From an uncultured Bacillales bacterium (GTDB lineage: Bacteria > Bacillota_I > Bacilli_A > RFN20 > CAG-826), in the NCBI GenBank assembly GCA_902464635.1, contig CABQKC010000008.1, forward strand, positions 1,521 through 65,520: a stretch of 64,000 nucleotides of DNA, in the 5' to 3' direction. How positions within the stretch are numbered: the stretch's first letter is position 1; each line of letters opens with the position of its first letter. The notes below the pieces were generated by a model. It was not told the origin of the DNA. It ran no database searches and was given only the letters and a program-made list of their open reading frames with translations. Position numbers and translations under genes: made by a program. This document shows, one piece after another, positions 18,211 through 28,183 of this stretch.

Positions 18211-19767
18211 TCAATTAAGTCCTGATTGTTTTAATATCGTCGCCCAATTTTTATTTAGATAATCCATATTTAGATTCAAGACTTCGCTTGGACTTTTGTT
18301 AAATGAGACCATGGCCTTGATGCAGTTATCGCCAACATTTCCCAAACCATTTGCAAACGTACGATTGATGCCGCCATAACAGAATATTTTGGCAGGAACT
18401 TGGAAGTTATAGGCAAGAATATTGTTTTCCTTTAATGCTTCGTTAACGTTTTTCTTAAAGTTTGAAATTTGAATTCCGGAATCGCTATAACCATTAGAAG
18501 GCTTGCTTCCCAAGACACCACCATTCATGGATTTGTGGAAAATTGATAACCCTTCATTTGAATACATGTATTTAACAAATTGCTTTGCCAAATCTATTTT
18601 CTTGCTATTTGAACAAATAACCAATTGATGGTCACATCCGCTCCTAAGATAAGACCCATTTTGAACAGCATCCTTTACTATCTTGACATCTTCATCGCTA
18701 ACCGAAGAAGGTTTTTCTTTGTTTACGCCACGTATAAATTTAACTACTTCACTCAAAGTTTTATCATCTTTAATAGATGAAATTCTTCCGTTATTGATAA
18801 TTGAAGAAACGATAGGCATATTGATAAATGAGGCATCATAACTCTTGACGTTAGTCTCGGTATCAAGCCAAGAGCCGTTGGCCATAAATAATGCCGTTTT
18901 ATTTCTTAAAAAGTCATTTTGGCAAGATTCGAATTGATAGTTCTTTGACTTTGGATGATGGAAATCATTGTTTACCAATAAATCCTGCGCCACTTGAAGC
19001 GATTCTACAATGCCGTCTCTAGCATAAAACGATGAAGTATGGTGTTCTTTACTAGCTTCAGGATCATCAGGATCTATTCCTTCGTTGAAATATTCCATAT
19101 TCTTGCTTCCTTCATATTGGCCAAACCAAATCGGGAGCAAAGATGTGTAATATTCGCTTTCATAAGAATAAACAAGTGGATAAATTTGATTACCTTCGTA
19201 TTTGAATTCCTTTTGTCTCACTTTTTCGCACAAAGCAATGAATTCATCTGTTGTATAAGGAATGTCATCATCTTTTAACCCTAAGGCATTCCAAATTGTA
19301 TTGTTCCTTACTATTCCTATAACACCATTCGCCCAGGAAAAACTAACATATTTATCACCTATCTTATTAGCGTCTATAAAGCATTGTTCCGTTCTATCTT
19401 CTATTGACCTCCCATCTTCGTCCTTGCTAGTCCAGACATCACTAACATCGACAAAATTGCCTTGATAGGCTAGTTTATAAAAGTCGGTAATTCTAGAGAA
19501 GAAAATATCCGTTCCATCTCCTCCTGCTTTGATTTTAGCTTGCAATGCTTCAACCCCAGCTTGGCCGTCGACTGCTTGGAAGTTTACTTTGATTCCTGTT
19601 TTTGCAGTAAAAGCAGAGACAATGTCTTCCATCCATTTGACTCCATATCCAAGCTTAACGCCTTCAATTTTTAAGGTGTCGCTTGTATCTTTGCTAGTAG
19701 AGCACGAAACTAGTCCCAGACTTATAAAAGACGAAGCCATTAACAATTTAATTTTCTTATTTTTCAT
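18211..19767 (-). CDS. CUT1 ABC transporter extracellular solute-binding lipoprotein (LplA-like, large)
   Basis: The ATG at 19767 gives MKNKKIKLLMASSFISLGLVSC, with GGAGG 8 nt upstream. It is about 518 aa and sits directly downstream of the two permease genes. Confidence 0.8.
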   Translation of the reverse strand: MKNKKIKLLMASSFISLGLVSCSTSKDTSDTLKIEGVKLGYGVKWMEDIVSAFTAKTGIKVNFQAVDGQAGVEALQAKIKAGGDGTDIFFSRITDFYKLAYQGNFVDVSDVWTSKDEDGRSIEDRTEQCFIDANKIGDKYVSFSWANGVIGIVRNNTIWNALGLKDDDIPYTTDEFIALCEKVRQKEFKYEGNQIYPLVYSYESEYYTSLLPIWFGQYEGSKNMEYFNEGIDPDDPEASKEHHTSSFYARDGIVESLQVAQDLLVNNDFHHPKSKNYQFESCQNDFLRNKTALFMANGSWLDTETNVKSYDASFINMPIVSSIINNGRISSIKDDKTLSEVVKFIRGVNKEKPSSVSDEDVKIVKDAVQNGSYLRSGCDHQLVICSNSKKIDLAKQFVKYMYSNEGLSIFHKSMNGGVLGSKPSNGYSDSGIQISNFKKNVNEALKENNILAYNFQVPAKIFCYGGINRTFANGLGNVGDNCIKAMVSFNKSPSEVLNLNMDYLNKNWATILKQSGLN

Positions 19768-19782
19768 ACTGTTTTCCTCCAA

Positions 19783-20745
19783 TTACCCTTTCAATCCACC
19801 TAAATGGACTTTTTCCATTATTGAATTTTGGAATATCAAGAAAAGGATAAGCATAGGTATTAAAGAAACGAATGTCGCGGCCATGAAGACCGGAATATTA
19901 TTCGAATTTGTATTAGCAAACAAATAGGAAGCAAAAGACAAATTTGGGTATTTTTGCATATAAAGCAAGGTATTCTCATAATCGTTCCAACCCATGATGA
20001 AATTCATTATGAATAGGGCTGAAACAGAAGGTAAAGCCATTGGCAACATTATTCTAAAAAACACTTTGTAATGATTTGCCCCATCTACAAAAGCCGCTTC
20101 TGCATATTCCCAAGACAATGACTTAAAGAATGAATACATATAGAAGAAATAACCACCATATAAGCCAATAGAAGTTATGGTAACTAAAGTAACGGTGCCT
20201 TTCAAATCAATACCGGTCCCCAAGAAATTCGAATATAGTTGATAAGTCGATGCTGCAGAGCCAAACAAAGGAATAATTGATACAAATAACCCTAGATTAT
20301 AGATAAATTTTGTAAGTCTAGAACGATAGAAGACCAATATATAACAGACACAGCAACTAGTAAAAATAGACAATGTAGAATAAAGGGTTGTTCTCCAAAT
20401 GGAATTCCAAGTAAGTTGAAGAAAAGAGAAATCCTTTAAAGATGCAGTTGAGGAAGTCAAATTAAACAAAGCTTCATAAAAGGCTTTAAAACTAATCTTA
20501 TCCCATTGAGGAATCCATAGTTTCCCTTCAAATTGAACTTCTTCATATGCCTCAGCATCACCAAGCAACGCCAACGATAATCCATAGAAAAAGAAATAGG
20601 CAACCAATATTGCATAAGCAAGAAGAATAATAAAAGCTATGATAAAGACAATCTTTTCAGACAATGATTTTTTGTCTTTTTTATATTCTCTGCTTAAAAA
20701 CCTAAGCGAATCTTTATCCATTTCATTTTTCCTTTCCATAAGCAA
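19783..20745 (-). CDS. CUT1 sugar ABC transporter permease (LplC/YtcP-like)
   Basis: Six TM helices. EAA-loop region AAFVDGANHYKVFFRIMLPMALP. The more likely start is the ATG at 20721, just after the upstream TGA. Confidence 0.85.
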   Translation of the reverse strand: MLMERKNEMDKDSLRFLSREYKKDKKSLSEKIVFIIAFIILLAYAILVAYFFFYGLSLALLGDAEAYEEVQFEGKLWIPQWDKISFKAFYEALFNLTSSTASLKDFSFLQLTWNSIWRTTLYSTLSIFTSCCVCYILVFYRSRLTKFIYNLGLFVSIIPLFGSAASTYQLYSNFLGTGIDLKGTVTLVTITSIGLYGGYFFYMYSFFKSLSWEYAEAAFVDGANHYKVFFRIMLPMALPSVSALFIMNFIMGWNDYENTLLYMQKYPNLSFASYLFANTNSNNIPVFMAATFVSLIPMLILFLIFQNSIMEKVHLGGLKG

Positions 20746-21721
20746 TACGTTTGACTATCAAAGCAGCTGGGAAGCTAACAACAGTCATGCATATCCCAAT
20801 TGCGGAAGCCATGTATATCCAGCCTTCATTAAAATTAGGAGATCTTGCAACCATATAATAAAGTAAATAACTAAGTGTAAATGTTTGATTCATGTTTCCG
20901 CTAGCAATTCCTGTATAGGCTAGAAGAGGACCACTCGTTCCTAAAAATCCCGCTACACACATTATTAAAATTGTTGATATAGTCGGCCAAATGGAAGGGA
21001 AGATTATATAAATAAGTTCCTTAAACCAGTTACAACCATCAAGTTCAGATGCCTCTATTACTTCTTTATTAATAGAATTCATTGCCCCATTTATAACAAT
21101 CATGTTTGTTCCAAAACCGAAAATAAGCCAGTAGAAAAGCAAGAAATAGATAGAACTTCCATCAGTCCTTAACCAAGGATTAACATAGTCAAAACCTTGT
21201 CCACTTAAGGCATGTAACAATCCACCTTCACCTATGATTTGCTTATAAAGCATTATTAAAGCCGAACTAGTTATGATGCTTGGTAAATAAATTACAAACC
21301 TAAAATATTTATATCCTTTAATCTTTTTATAAAGGAAATACCCAAAGAAAATAGAAATAGGCAATCCTAAGAAAATTCCAACAAAATTGAATAATAAGAC
21401 ATTAACAAGTGAGTTCCTTAAATTTGCGGAAGTCAAAATGGAAATACTTGAATCCTTCCCAAGGAAAAGACAATCAATTATTTCTTTGTAATTTGTAAAG
21501 TTAGGATCAAAATGGCCTTCTCCTCCTTCAAATCTCATAAAAGAATAGAAAAAGGATTGGAAATTTACATAAACATAAAAAATAAGGAAGAAAAGAATCG
21601 GCAAGAATAAAAACGAAAAGACGAAAAGACGTCTATCCCAAACGTGCCTTTTTTTCTTGTTGTATTTTTTTACTTCAACAAGATCTCTTTCTTCTTTGCT
21701 CAATTCTAGATTTTTAGCCAA
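20723..21721 (-). CDS. CUT1 sugar ABC transporter permease (LplB/YteP-like)
   Basis: TM-rich. EAA-loop region EASELDGCNWFKELIYIIFPSIWP. Confidence 0.85.
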   Translation of the reverse strand: MAKNLELSKEERDLVEVKKYNKKKRHVWDRRLFVFSFLFLPILFFLIFYVYVNFQSFFYSFMRFEGGEGHFDPNFTNYKEIIDCLFLGKDSSISILTSANLRNSLVNVLLFNFVGIFLGLPISIFFGYFLYKKIKGYKYFRFVIYLPSIITSSALIMLYKQIIGEGGLLHALSGQGFDYVNPWLRTDGSSIYFLLFYWLIFGFGTNMIVINGAMNSINKEVIEASELDGCNWFKELIYIIFPSIWPTISTILIMCVAGFLGTSGPLLAYTGIASGNMNQTFTLSYLLYYMVARSPNFNEGWIYMASAIGICMTVVSFPAALIVKRIAYGKEK

Positions 21722-21732
21722 AGTAAATCTCC

Positions 21733-23892
21733 TTATTTAAGTGCTACCAAAGGTGAATAATAAAGATAGTTATTGACCGTTGCAGTCCAACTATTTTGAT
21801 AAACAAATCTCGGTGATTTAAAAGAATTAGATTCTTTATTTTTATCTATTTCATATTTAAAGAAAGCAGTTCCTTTACCAAGCCCATCATCGTTATAGAA
21901 TCCAGGGAGCCCATAATTTGCCTTGTTATTCGCTAAATCTAAATCAATGTCATCATCAATCAAATAAGCATAGTCTCCATATTCTTTGGAATCGCCCCAC
22001 TCACATAAATCATTTTTGATTCCTAAGCATAAAGATGAATATGAAGAGAAATCCCGCTTTAAGTTATCAAGGGCAAATTCATAAATACTCATAGGTGACT
22101 TTGTCTTGAATTGAATCTTATAACATTGCCCGAAGTTAGAAGCAAACGAGGAGCTATAATCGAAGTCGATACCTAAAATACTGCCTTTATTCTTTTCTGC
22201 TTCAATAGGAGTAATCGTATCTATATCATTAATACCGTAAATAACCTCTCCTACCTTATCGTAGGTAGAAACTAATGAATTCAATTTATCAATGTCTAGT
22301 TTGGCTTTTAATTCTTCATCAATTGAAGAAAGCATCTTTCTTGCAAATGCCAATTTACTAATAAATTGCATCTTTTCATAATCTGCTTTTCCTTCTAAAG
22401 ATATAGGCAAAGAAGCAATAATCGAATTTACTTTTTTAAAATTGTAGTTATCTATATCTTTATAACCATAGATAGGAGTAATTCTCCAGCCTGTTGTAAT
22501 GGATGTATTAAATAATGCCCATCCAGAAGTAATCGTGTCAATTTTGGCATTAGCTTTATTGTCCAATATTGCTTTTGTTTCAACTTCTACTTTATGCCAT
22601 CCCTTACCATATGTAGTCTTAGAATCTCCAAAACGATTCCATGCAGTATCGCCTAAACACATATTAACTGCAGCATCACCTGGATTATAGAAATAGAAGA
22701 ACAATTTGTCGTATTCCCCAATAGTTTCTGAATTAATAGACTTATTAAAATAAATCTCGAGAGCGTAATTTTGCGTTGCCTGATTTAAAGTTAGATCCAA
22801 AGTTATTCCATAATTTTCATCGTTGCCTTTAACAAATGATTTTGGATAAGAATATTGTTCGCTATCGCCTCTTAACCTCAATGGTTCATCTTCTAAACCA
22901 AGCAAAGAAGAGTAAGAAGAAACTATCTTTTCCAAATTCCCAAGTTTATCGACATTTGTAACTTTTTCTTTCAATTCAGCAGGCAAAAAATCATATTCGG
23001 AACGTATATTTTGAATTTCTTCCTTTTTAGACAAGAAAAGATAATCGTTGTCATTGATTTTCAATAATGTATCAATTCTATTGACTAATTCTTTTGCCTT
23101 TTTGTCTATATTCGCAAGGATTTGATTATATTTCGATACAGTTTCTTCCTTCAAAAACGATTTTGACTTTTCAGTAAGGGAATCGTATTCATTTTTTAAA
23201 GAAACTATTTCTTCATATCCAATCGTATCCGGGTCGGCATTACTAACTTTATCTTCAAAGGCCTTAGCTGCTTGTCTATCTAACTCCACTAATATTTGCT
23301 GGTATTTTTCTTTTGTTTCATTATCCAAAAGTGCTTTTGCTTCTTCTGATAAAGAATCATATTCTTCTTGGATAGCTTGGATGGCCTCTGCAGTCAAAGT
23401 AGATAAATCAATACTCTTTACTTTATTAGCAAACCCTTCTGCTTCTTTCTTATATTCAATGCGTTTTATTGCAGAAAGTAATTTATCCAAATTTGTTACT
23501 AAACCTTTCGCGTCTTCATTTAAAGCATAATAAGCTTCCTTGGCTTTATTGACCGCTTCTTCCGAAGGGTCTTCTCCTAATGCACTTATCAAATCAATAA
23601 CCATCTTACTTGATTCGATATTTGCTATACGGGTCTCTTGTTTTGTTAGTTTAGATAAAATAGAAGAAGGAATATTTGCCTTATCTTCGCTAGATAAAGA
23701 ATCATAAGCCTTTCTCGCTGCTTCTATTTCTTCTTTAGTGGATGAATCGTTTAACGAATTCAACAAAGATATAACTTTGTCAGCCTCTACATAAGACGAT
23801 GAGGAAGATTCATCGTTGCAAGAAGAAAGCACAAAAGAGCCACCTAACAACGAAGTCATAAGAACAGTTGCAACTAAACGTTTTTTTCTCAT
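21733..23892 (-). CDS. Surface lipoprotein: N-terminal array of helical repeats plus two CBM-like modules
   Basis: The ATG at 23892 gives MRKKRLVATVLMTSLLGGSFVLSSC. At least five repeats of the type A-x3-Y-x2-L-x4-K-x2-(V/L)-x-N-x2-KL, then WRITPIYGYK. Confidence 0.65.
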   Translation of the reverse strand: MRKKRLVATVLMTSLLGGSFVLSSCNDESSSSSYVEADKVISLLNSLNDSSTKEEIEAARKAYDSLSSEDKANIPSSILSKLTKQETRIANIESSKMVIDLISALGEDPSEEAVNKAKEAYYALNEDAKGLVTNLDKLLSAIKRIEYKKEAEGFANKVKSIDLSTLTAEAIQAIQEEYDSLSEEAKALLDNETKEKYQQILVELDRQAAKAFEDKVSNADPDTIGYEEIVSLKNEYDSLTEKSKSFLKEETVSKYNQILANIDKKAKELVNRIDTLLKINDNDYLFLSKKEEIQNIRSEYDFLPAELKEKVTNVDKLGNLEKIVSSYSSLLGLEDEPLRLRGDSEQYSYPKSFVKGNDENYGITLDLTLNQATQNYALEIYFNKSINSETIGEYDKLFFYFYNPGDAAVNMCLGDTAWNRFGDSKTTYGKGWHKVEVETKAILDNKANAKIDTITSGWALFNTSITTGWRITPIYGYKDIDNYNFKKVNSIIASLPISLEGKADYEKMQFISKLAFARKMLSSIDEELKAKLDIDKLNSLVSTYDKVGEVIYGINDIDTITPIEAEKNKGSILGIDFDYSSSFASNFGQCYKIQFKTKSPMSIYEFALDNLKRDFSSYSSLCLGIKNDLCEWGDSKEYGDYAYLIDDDIDLDLANNKANYGLPGFYNDDGLGKGTAFFKYEIDKNKESNSFKSPRFVYQNSWTATVNNYLYYSPLVALK

Positions 23893-23900
23893 AAAAATCC

Positions 23901-25436
23901 TCACTTTATCCTTTTTGTCGTATCCAAATCAAAGAAATGCACTTTATCTAAATTAAAGAATATTTCGGTATTATCGTTATCAATAACCTCATTTTCGGCA
24001 TCGTCTTTAATAGAAATGTCTTGACCGTCTATCGAACAATAATAAATGTATTCATTACCTAATAGTTCGGAATCTTTTATAACCGCATTTATAGGGAAAG
24101 AATAGGAAGAACCTAAACTAGAAGTTTTTATATTTTCAGGTCTAATACCTAATGCAATTTTCTTACCTTCATAATTTTTCTCTAGAAGTTTTTTATGTAT
24201 GTCATCTATTTCAATGCTTACATGTTTTTCGCCTTCAAAAACAAATTTCCCCTTTAAATACGTACCGGTTAAAAAATTCATGGCCGGAGAGCCAATAAAC
24301 CCGCCGACAAACATATTCTCTGGCTCGTTATATGCTTCTTTTGGGGTTGCAATTTGTTGTATGCGACCATCTTTCATAATAACTATCCGATCGGCTAAAG
24401 TCATAGCCTCGGTTTGGTCGTGGGTAACATAAATCGTGGTTGCCCCTACTTTTTTATGAATATTAGCAATCTCGCTTCTAGTCTGGACACGTAGTTTAGC
24501 ATCCAAGTTAGAAAGGGGTTCATCCATCAAGAATACTTTAGGGTTTCTAACAATTGCTCTACCTAATGCCACTCTTTGCCTTTGCCCACCAGAAAGTTCA
24601 GCCGGTTTCCTATTTAGATATTTATATAAATCCAAGTTACCTGATGCTTTTAAAACCTGGTAATCTCTTTCAAATACAGTCAAGTTCCTACTCTTTTGGA
24701 TCTGAACCTCGTTTTGTTTTAAATACTCTATCTCTTTACTCAACGACTTTATTTGGTTTTTCTTATATTCAAGATCACGCTTCATGGTATCTAAAAGCAT
24801 TTTGTTTTTAGACTCTTGATCCTTGCTATTTTCTTTCTGAATCAGTTTATTGACTCTAGAAATCCCGCTTTCCAATTTTTTAATTTCTTTTTGTTTCTTG
24901 GCTATTATGCCTTCATCAATTCCTATGACGGGTTTCCTTAAATTAAAGACCTGCTCATATTTTTGTAACAGCAAAAGCCTTAATTCTTCTTCTTTTGATA
25001 GGTATTCATTATTATTTGGGCTTTTTGAAAGTAATTTTGATATTTTCTTATATTCTTTTCTAATGGTTTCGTCTAATAATGCATTTGCCTGAGAGTCATA
25101 TTCATAAACCCCACGCAACGCCTTTCTTATCCTCAGCCCAAATGACATATTTTGATATACAGTCATATGTGGATAAAGAGCATAAGACTGAAACACCATG
25201 GCAATATGCCTGTTCATTGGAGAAACATAATTAACTAGTTTGCCATCAATATAAAGTTCGCCGCTAGTGATATCTTCTAGCCCTGCAATCATCCTTAATG
25301 CAGTGGATTTTCCACATCCAGAAGGGCCTACGAAAACTATAAATTCTTTATCTTTTACTTCTAAATTAAAATCAAAAACAGCTTGAACATTGTTGTCGTA
25401 AATCTTGTTAACGTCAATAAACTTTAAAGTAGCCAT
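23901..25436 (-). CDS. MsmK/UgpC/MalK-type sugar ABC ATPase with ~140-aa coiled-coil insertion in the helical subdomain
   Basis: GPSGCGKST, FQSYALYPHMTV, LSGGQRQRVA, LMDEPLSNLD, VTHD and a C-terminal TOBE-like domain. About 180 residues lie between FGL and LSGGQ, against roughly 35-40 in E. coli MalK. Confidence 0.85.
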   Translation of the reverse strand: MATLKFIDVNKIYDNNVQAVFDFNLEVKDKEFIVFVGPSGCGKSTALRMIAGLEDITSGELYIDGKLVNYVSPMNRHIAMVFQSYALYPHMTVYQNMSFGLRIRKALRGVYEYDSQANALLDETIRKEYKKISKLLSKSPNNNEYLSKEEELRLLLLQKYEQVFNLRKPVIGIDEGIIAKKQKEIKKLESGISRVNKLIQKENSKDQESKNKMLLDTMKRDLEYKKNQIKSLSKEIEYLKQNEVQIQKSRNLTVFERDYQVLKASGNLDLYKYLNRKPAELSGGQRQRVALGRAIVRNPKVFLMDEPLSNLDAKLRVQTRSEIANIHKKVGATTIYVTHDQTEAMTLADRIVIMKDGRIQQIATPKEAYNEPENMFVGGFIGSPAMNFLTGTYLKGKFVFEGEKHVSIEIDDIHKKLLEKNYEGKKIALGIRPENIKTSSLGSSYSFPINAVIKDSELLGNEYIYYCSIDGQDISIKDDAENEVIDNDNTEIFFNLDKVHFFDLDTTKRIK

Positions 25437-25463
25437 GACTATTCCTTTTTATCCTTATGGATA

Positions 25464-25491
25464 ATTATATGATAAATAGAGCCTCTTACAA
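25464..25491 (-). promoter_or_regulatory. Candidate promoter of the 23-kb glycan operon
   Basis: Minus strand reads TTGTAA, 16 nt, TATAAT. It lies 27 nt upstream of the ATG at 25436. Confidence 0.35.
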
Positions 25492-25502
25492 TGGAGCTTT
25501 GG

Positions 25503-25529
25503 TAATTATATCGAGTATTGATATAATTA
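25503..25529. promoter_or_regulatory. Palindromic operator candidate, site A (TAATTATATCGA-GTA-TTGATATAATTA)
   Basis: 12-bp arms, 11 of 12 self-complementary, 3-nt spacer. Same architecture as sites at 28262-28290 and 33843-33871. Confidence 0.45.
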
Positions 25530-25566
25530 TTCATATATATAATATATATGAAAATTCATCTAAAAA

Positions 25567-26481
25567 TCACTTTCTACATTTTTCGTTATAAAAAGATAAC
25601 ATCTTTTCAAACCAAGAAGACGCCACTGTGTTGGTAGCAATTCCATAGCCATGCACATCGCTAGGGTAGGTAATATAAGAGTGCTCTATTTTCGCTTCGT
25701 TTAAAGTCTTATCCATCAACATTGAATTATGCACGTCCACCACGTTGTCCTTATCACATTGCCATATAAACGTTCTTGGAAAATCTTTATCAGCATGCAG
25801 CTCCAATGAATATCTCTTTTTATCTTCTAAAGAAGGGTTGTTCCCAAGAAGATTTCTTCTTGTGGCTAAACTGCAATATGGTTCAAGCATAGTTACAACA
25901 GGATAAGAAAGGACTAGCAAGCCAGGTTTTGGTAGGCAAGTCGTTTTATACCCAAAATTTGAAGTCCCTAGTAAACCAACCAAATGTGCTCCAGCAGAGA
26001 AGCCAGCAGCAATATAATCTTTAATGTCTATATTTAGTTCTTCTTTGTTTGAATCCAAATACCTAATCAAATTATTTAAATCGTTGATAGCGTGAATGGC
26101 TTTATTCTTAATTCCGTAAGTAAAAGTCAAAGCAGAGAACCCCTCTTTATAAAGCCTAACCGCAACAGGCAAAGACTCTGGCAAAGTGCAAACGCATTCA
26201 TATCCGCCACCAGCCACAACAATGGCTAGTTTGCTTGGTTTATCTTGCTTCAATAATAAGAAGCTAGAATCCTCGCTTAATTCTTTATAAACGATGTGTT
26301 TTGTTTCAGATAGATTAATTAGATAATTTAAACAATCAATAGACTCTTTTTCTGGCCAAGGATTTAGGTCGCTAGTAACAATTTTTTTGTCTTCATTAGC
26401 AAAAGAGGCCAAGTGAAAAGCGTATTTTCCTAAAATCGGATCAGTAAACACATCATCATAAGTAGATTCAAAATTGAACAT
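25567..26481 (-). CDS. Alpha/beta-hydrolase fold esterase (carbohydrate esterase/deacetylase candidate)
   Basis: GFSAGAHL is a G-x-S-x-G nucleophile elbow. VVAGGGY is an oxyanion-region motif. A late DKDNVVD...H is consistent with a catalytic triad. No signal peptide. Confidence 0.7.
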   Translation of the reverse strand: MFNFESTYDDVFTDPILGKYAFHLASFANEDKKIVTSDLNPWPEKESIDCLNYLINLSETKHIVYKELSEDSSFLLLKQDKPSKLAIVVAGGGYECVCTLPESLPVAVRLYKEGFSALTFTYGIKNKAIHAINDLNNLIRYLDSNKEELNIDIKDYIAAGFSAGAHLVGLLGTSNFGYKTTCLPKPGLLVLSYPVVTMLEPYCSLATRRNLLGNNPSLEDKKRYSLELHADKDFPRTFIWQCDKDNVVDVHNSMLMDKTLNEAKIEHSYITYPSDVHGYGIATNTVASSWFEKMLSFYNEKCRK

Positions 26482-26499
26482 TTGAAGACCTCTAGTTTT

Positions 26500-26521
26500 A
26501 AAAGGGCTGATTGCTCAGCCC
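26500..26521 (-). terminator. Rho-independent terminator/attenuator between the 551-aa gene and the esterase gene
   Basis: Minus strand reads GGGCTGA-GCAA-TCAGCCC followed by TTTTAAAA. Confidence 0.5.
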
Positions 26522-26527
26522 AAATAT

Positions 26528-28183
26528 TTAATGAGATTCAGTATAAGTCGCCCCGTCTTTAATTAAGACAAATGAAGTAAATTCTAATTCGCTATCAACT
26601 GCAGCTGAACCAGGAATTATGTTCAATAGTCTTAAACCATTTAGCTTTTGCGATGTCGTTGATTTCAAATCCTGATTAGTGTTGGCAGCCCAATCAGTTT
26701 TTATAGTCTTTGTTTCTAACCATAAATATGGGGTACCGCAATCTATTACAGCCCCGGAAATTCCTTTAGTGATGTTTGGGGTTCTTAGGAATATTATGAT
26801 TTTAGAGTAGCCAACAAAAGCTTTTGCGCCATCCGAGAATCCAAACGATACACTGATGGGTTTTTCAACATGTTTTTTACACTTTAAATGAGTTATGTTT
26901 CCATAATCAGAATCATATTTATAAGTTACATCAATATCGTTATATGCTTCTTCGCCTTGTTTGATGCTCATTGAAGTTGTTTTTAGCATATAAGTGTAAC
27001 TAGTTAGAGTGTTTTCTAAAGTTTCCAAATCGGCATAATTAGTAACCAAAGTTTTAGCATCCGAGGGCAATGCTTCGTATTGCTTTCTAGCGGCATCAGC
27101 AAGCAAAGTTGCTTGGGCGGCTATTTCGTTGCTAGTCAATTTCAAAGAGATTGCTTTAGTTATAGAAGCAATAACTTTGTCTGCCATTCCTTGAAGATCA
27201 ATGTTTTTCAAGCCAAATAAGCCAGTTAAGTAAAGATGATTATGGTCACTTGTAGCGGCGTTCCATGTGTTTTGGAAGTCAATTTGAAAGTCGCTGAACT
27301 CATTCTTACCAGAAGTACTTATTATTTCAGAAGAAGAGACTTCAACTAGATTTTCGCCCTTTACATAAGAAGATTCCGCAGGAGCCTCCGCCCAGCCAGG
27401 CAATTCGCCTGCCTTAAGAAGTTTCCAATTGTTTCTTAAATGAATGACATTCGCGCCCTTTCCTACCGCTCCCCGAGGCGTTACATCATTAATAGCGATA
27501 AAGGCTAAACTATCAAACGAAGATAATGAACCTTTTAGTTTATCTAGCGACATATAATGATGTTTCATAGCAGCATCAGATTTAAACTCGACATCATACA
27601 TTTGCCCATATAATTCTTTATTAATCTTAGTAATGCTACTTATTTGGCTATCATCAATTATCTCGCCAGCACTGTTATGCACATTCAATGGGCTAATCGT
27701 ATCAGTATCATTAAGCCCATAAACAGGCGTTATATAGGTTTCATAATTGGCTTTAGCGGAATTAAAAGTATCAATATGTAATTTCTCTTTTTCCGCATCA
27801 GTCAAACTAGATATTTTGGAATTTAATGTATATAGGATATTAGCATTTTTAACCTTTTCATAATTACTAAGGGTCCCAATATCTAGCGTAAGTTTTTCGA
27901 TGTCTTTCTCGATAATTGCAATAGAAGGAACGCCACCTTGCATTTGGCTAACATTGTTATCGACAAATTTTCCTTGAGCAGGTTTTGTCAAAAACGTTTC
28001 ATGACACCTGCAACAAGTCCAGAATTCTACATAATTCGGCCCAGCATCGTAATGATTGCCATCATGAGAGCAACCACTGCCGAATACATTTTGGTCAACA
28101 TTGTTAGATAATGTTGTAGCAATGCCTAAACTCGCTACTCCTAAGCAAGAAAGTACTGAAAGCAAAAGATAACGTTTCTTCAT
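26528..28183 (-). CDS. Secreted/surface protein related to the large lipoprotein family, with N-terminal Cys/His knuckle
   Basis: Signal MKKRYLLLSVLSC, possibly a lipobox. GCSHDGNHY...CCRCHE. Helical motif AARKQYEALPSDAKTLVTNYADLETL. Module-end motif LYLTGLFGLKN. Confidence 0.6.
   Translation of the reverse strand: MKKRYLLLSVLSCLGVASLGIATTLSNNVDQNVFGSGCSHDGNHYDAGPNYVEFWTCCRCHETFLTKPAQGKFVDNNVSQMQGGVPSIAIIEKDIEKLTLDIGTLSNYEKVKNANILYTLNSKISSLTDAEKEKLHIDTFNSAKANYETYITPVYGLNDTDTISPLNVHNSAGEIIDDSQISSITKINKELYGQMYDVEFKSDAAMKHHYMSLDKLKGSLSSFDSLAFIAINDVTPRGAVGKGANVIHLRNNWKLLKAGELPGWAEAPAESSYVKGENLVEVSSSEIISTSGKNEFSDFQIDFQNTWNAATSDHNHLYLTGLFGLKNIDLQGMADKVIASITKAISLKLTSNEIAAQATLLADAARKQYEALPSDAKTLVTNYADLETLENTLTSYTYMLKTTSMSIKQGEEAYNDIDVTYKYDSDYGNITHLKCKKHVEKPISVSFGFSDGAKAFVGYSKIIIFLRTPNITKGISGAVIDCGTPYLWLETKTIKTDWAANTNQDLKSTTSQKLNGLRLLNIIPGSAAVDSELEFTSFVLIKDGATYTESH

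Noticed and set aside
23881-23892. Homopolymeric A7 tract in the signal-peptide codons of the 723-aa lipoprotein (ATGAGAAAAAAACG), plus similar T/A runs elsewhere, considered as slipped-strand phase-variation switches.
   Set aside because: Lys-rich signal peptides in an AT-rich genome produce such tracts routinely. The tracts are short (7-8 nt), and a single sequence cannot show length polymorphism.
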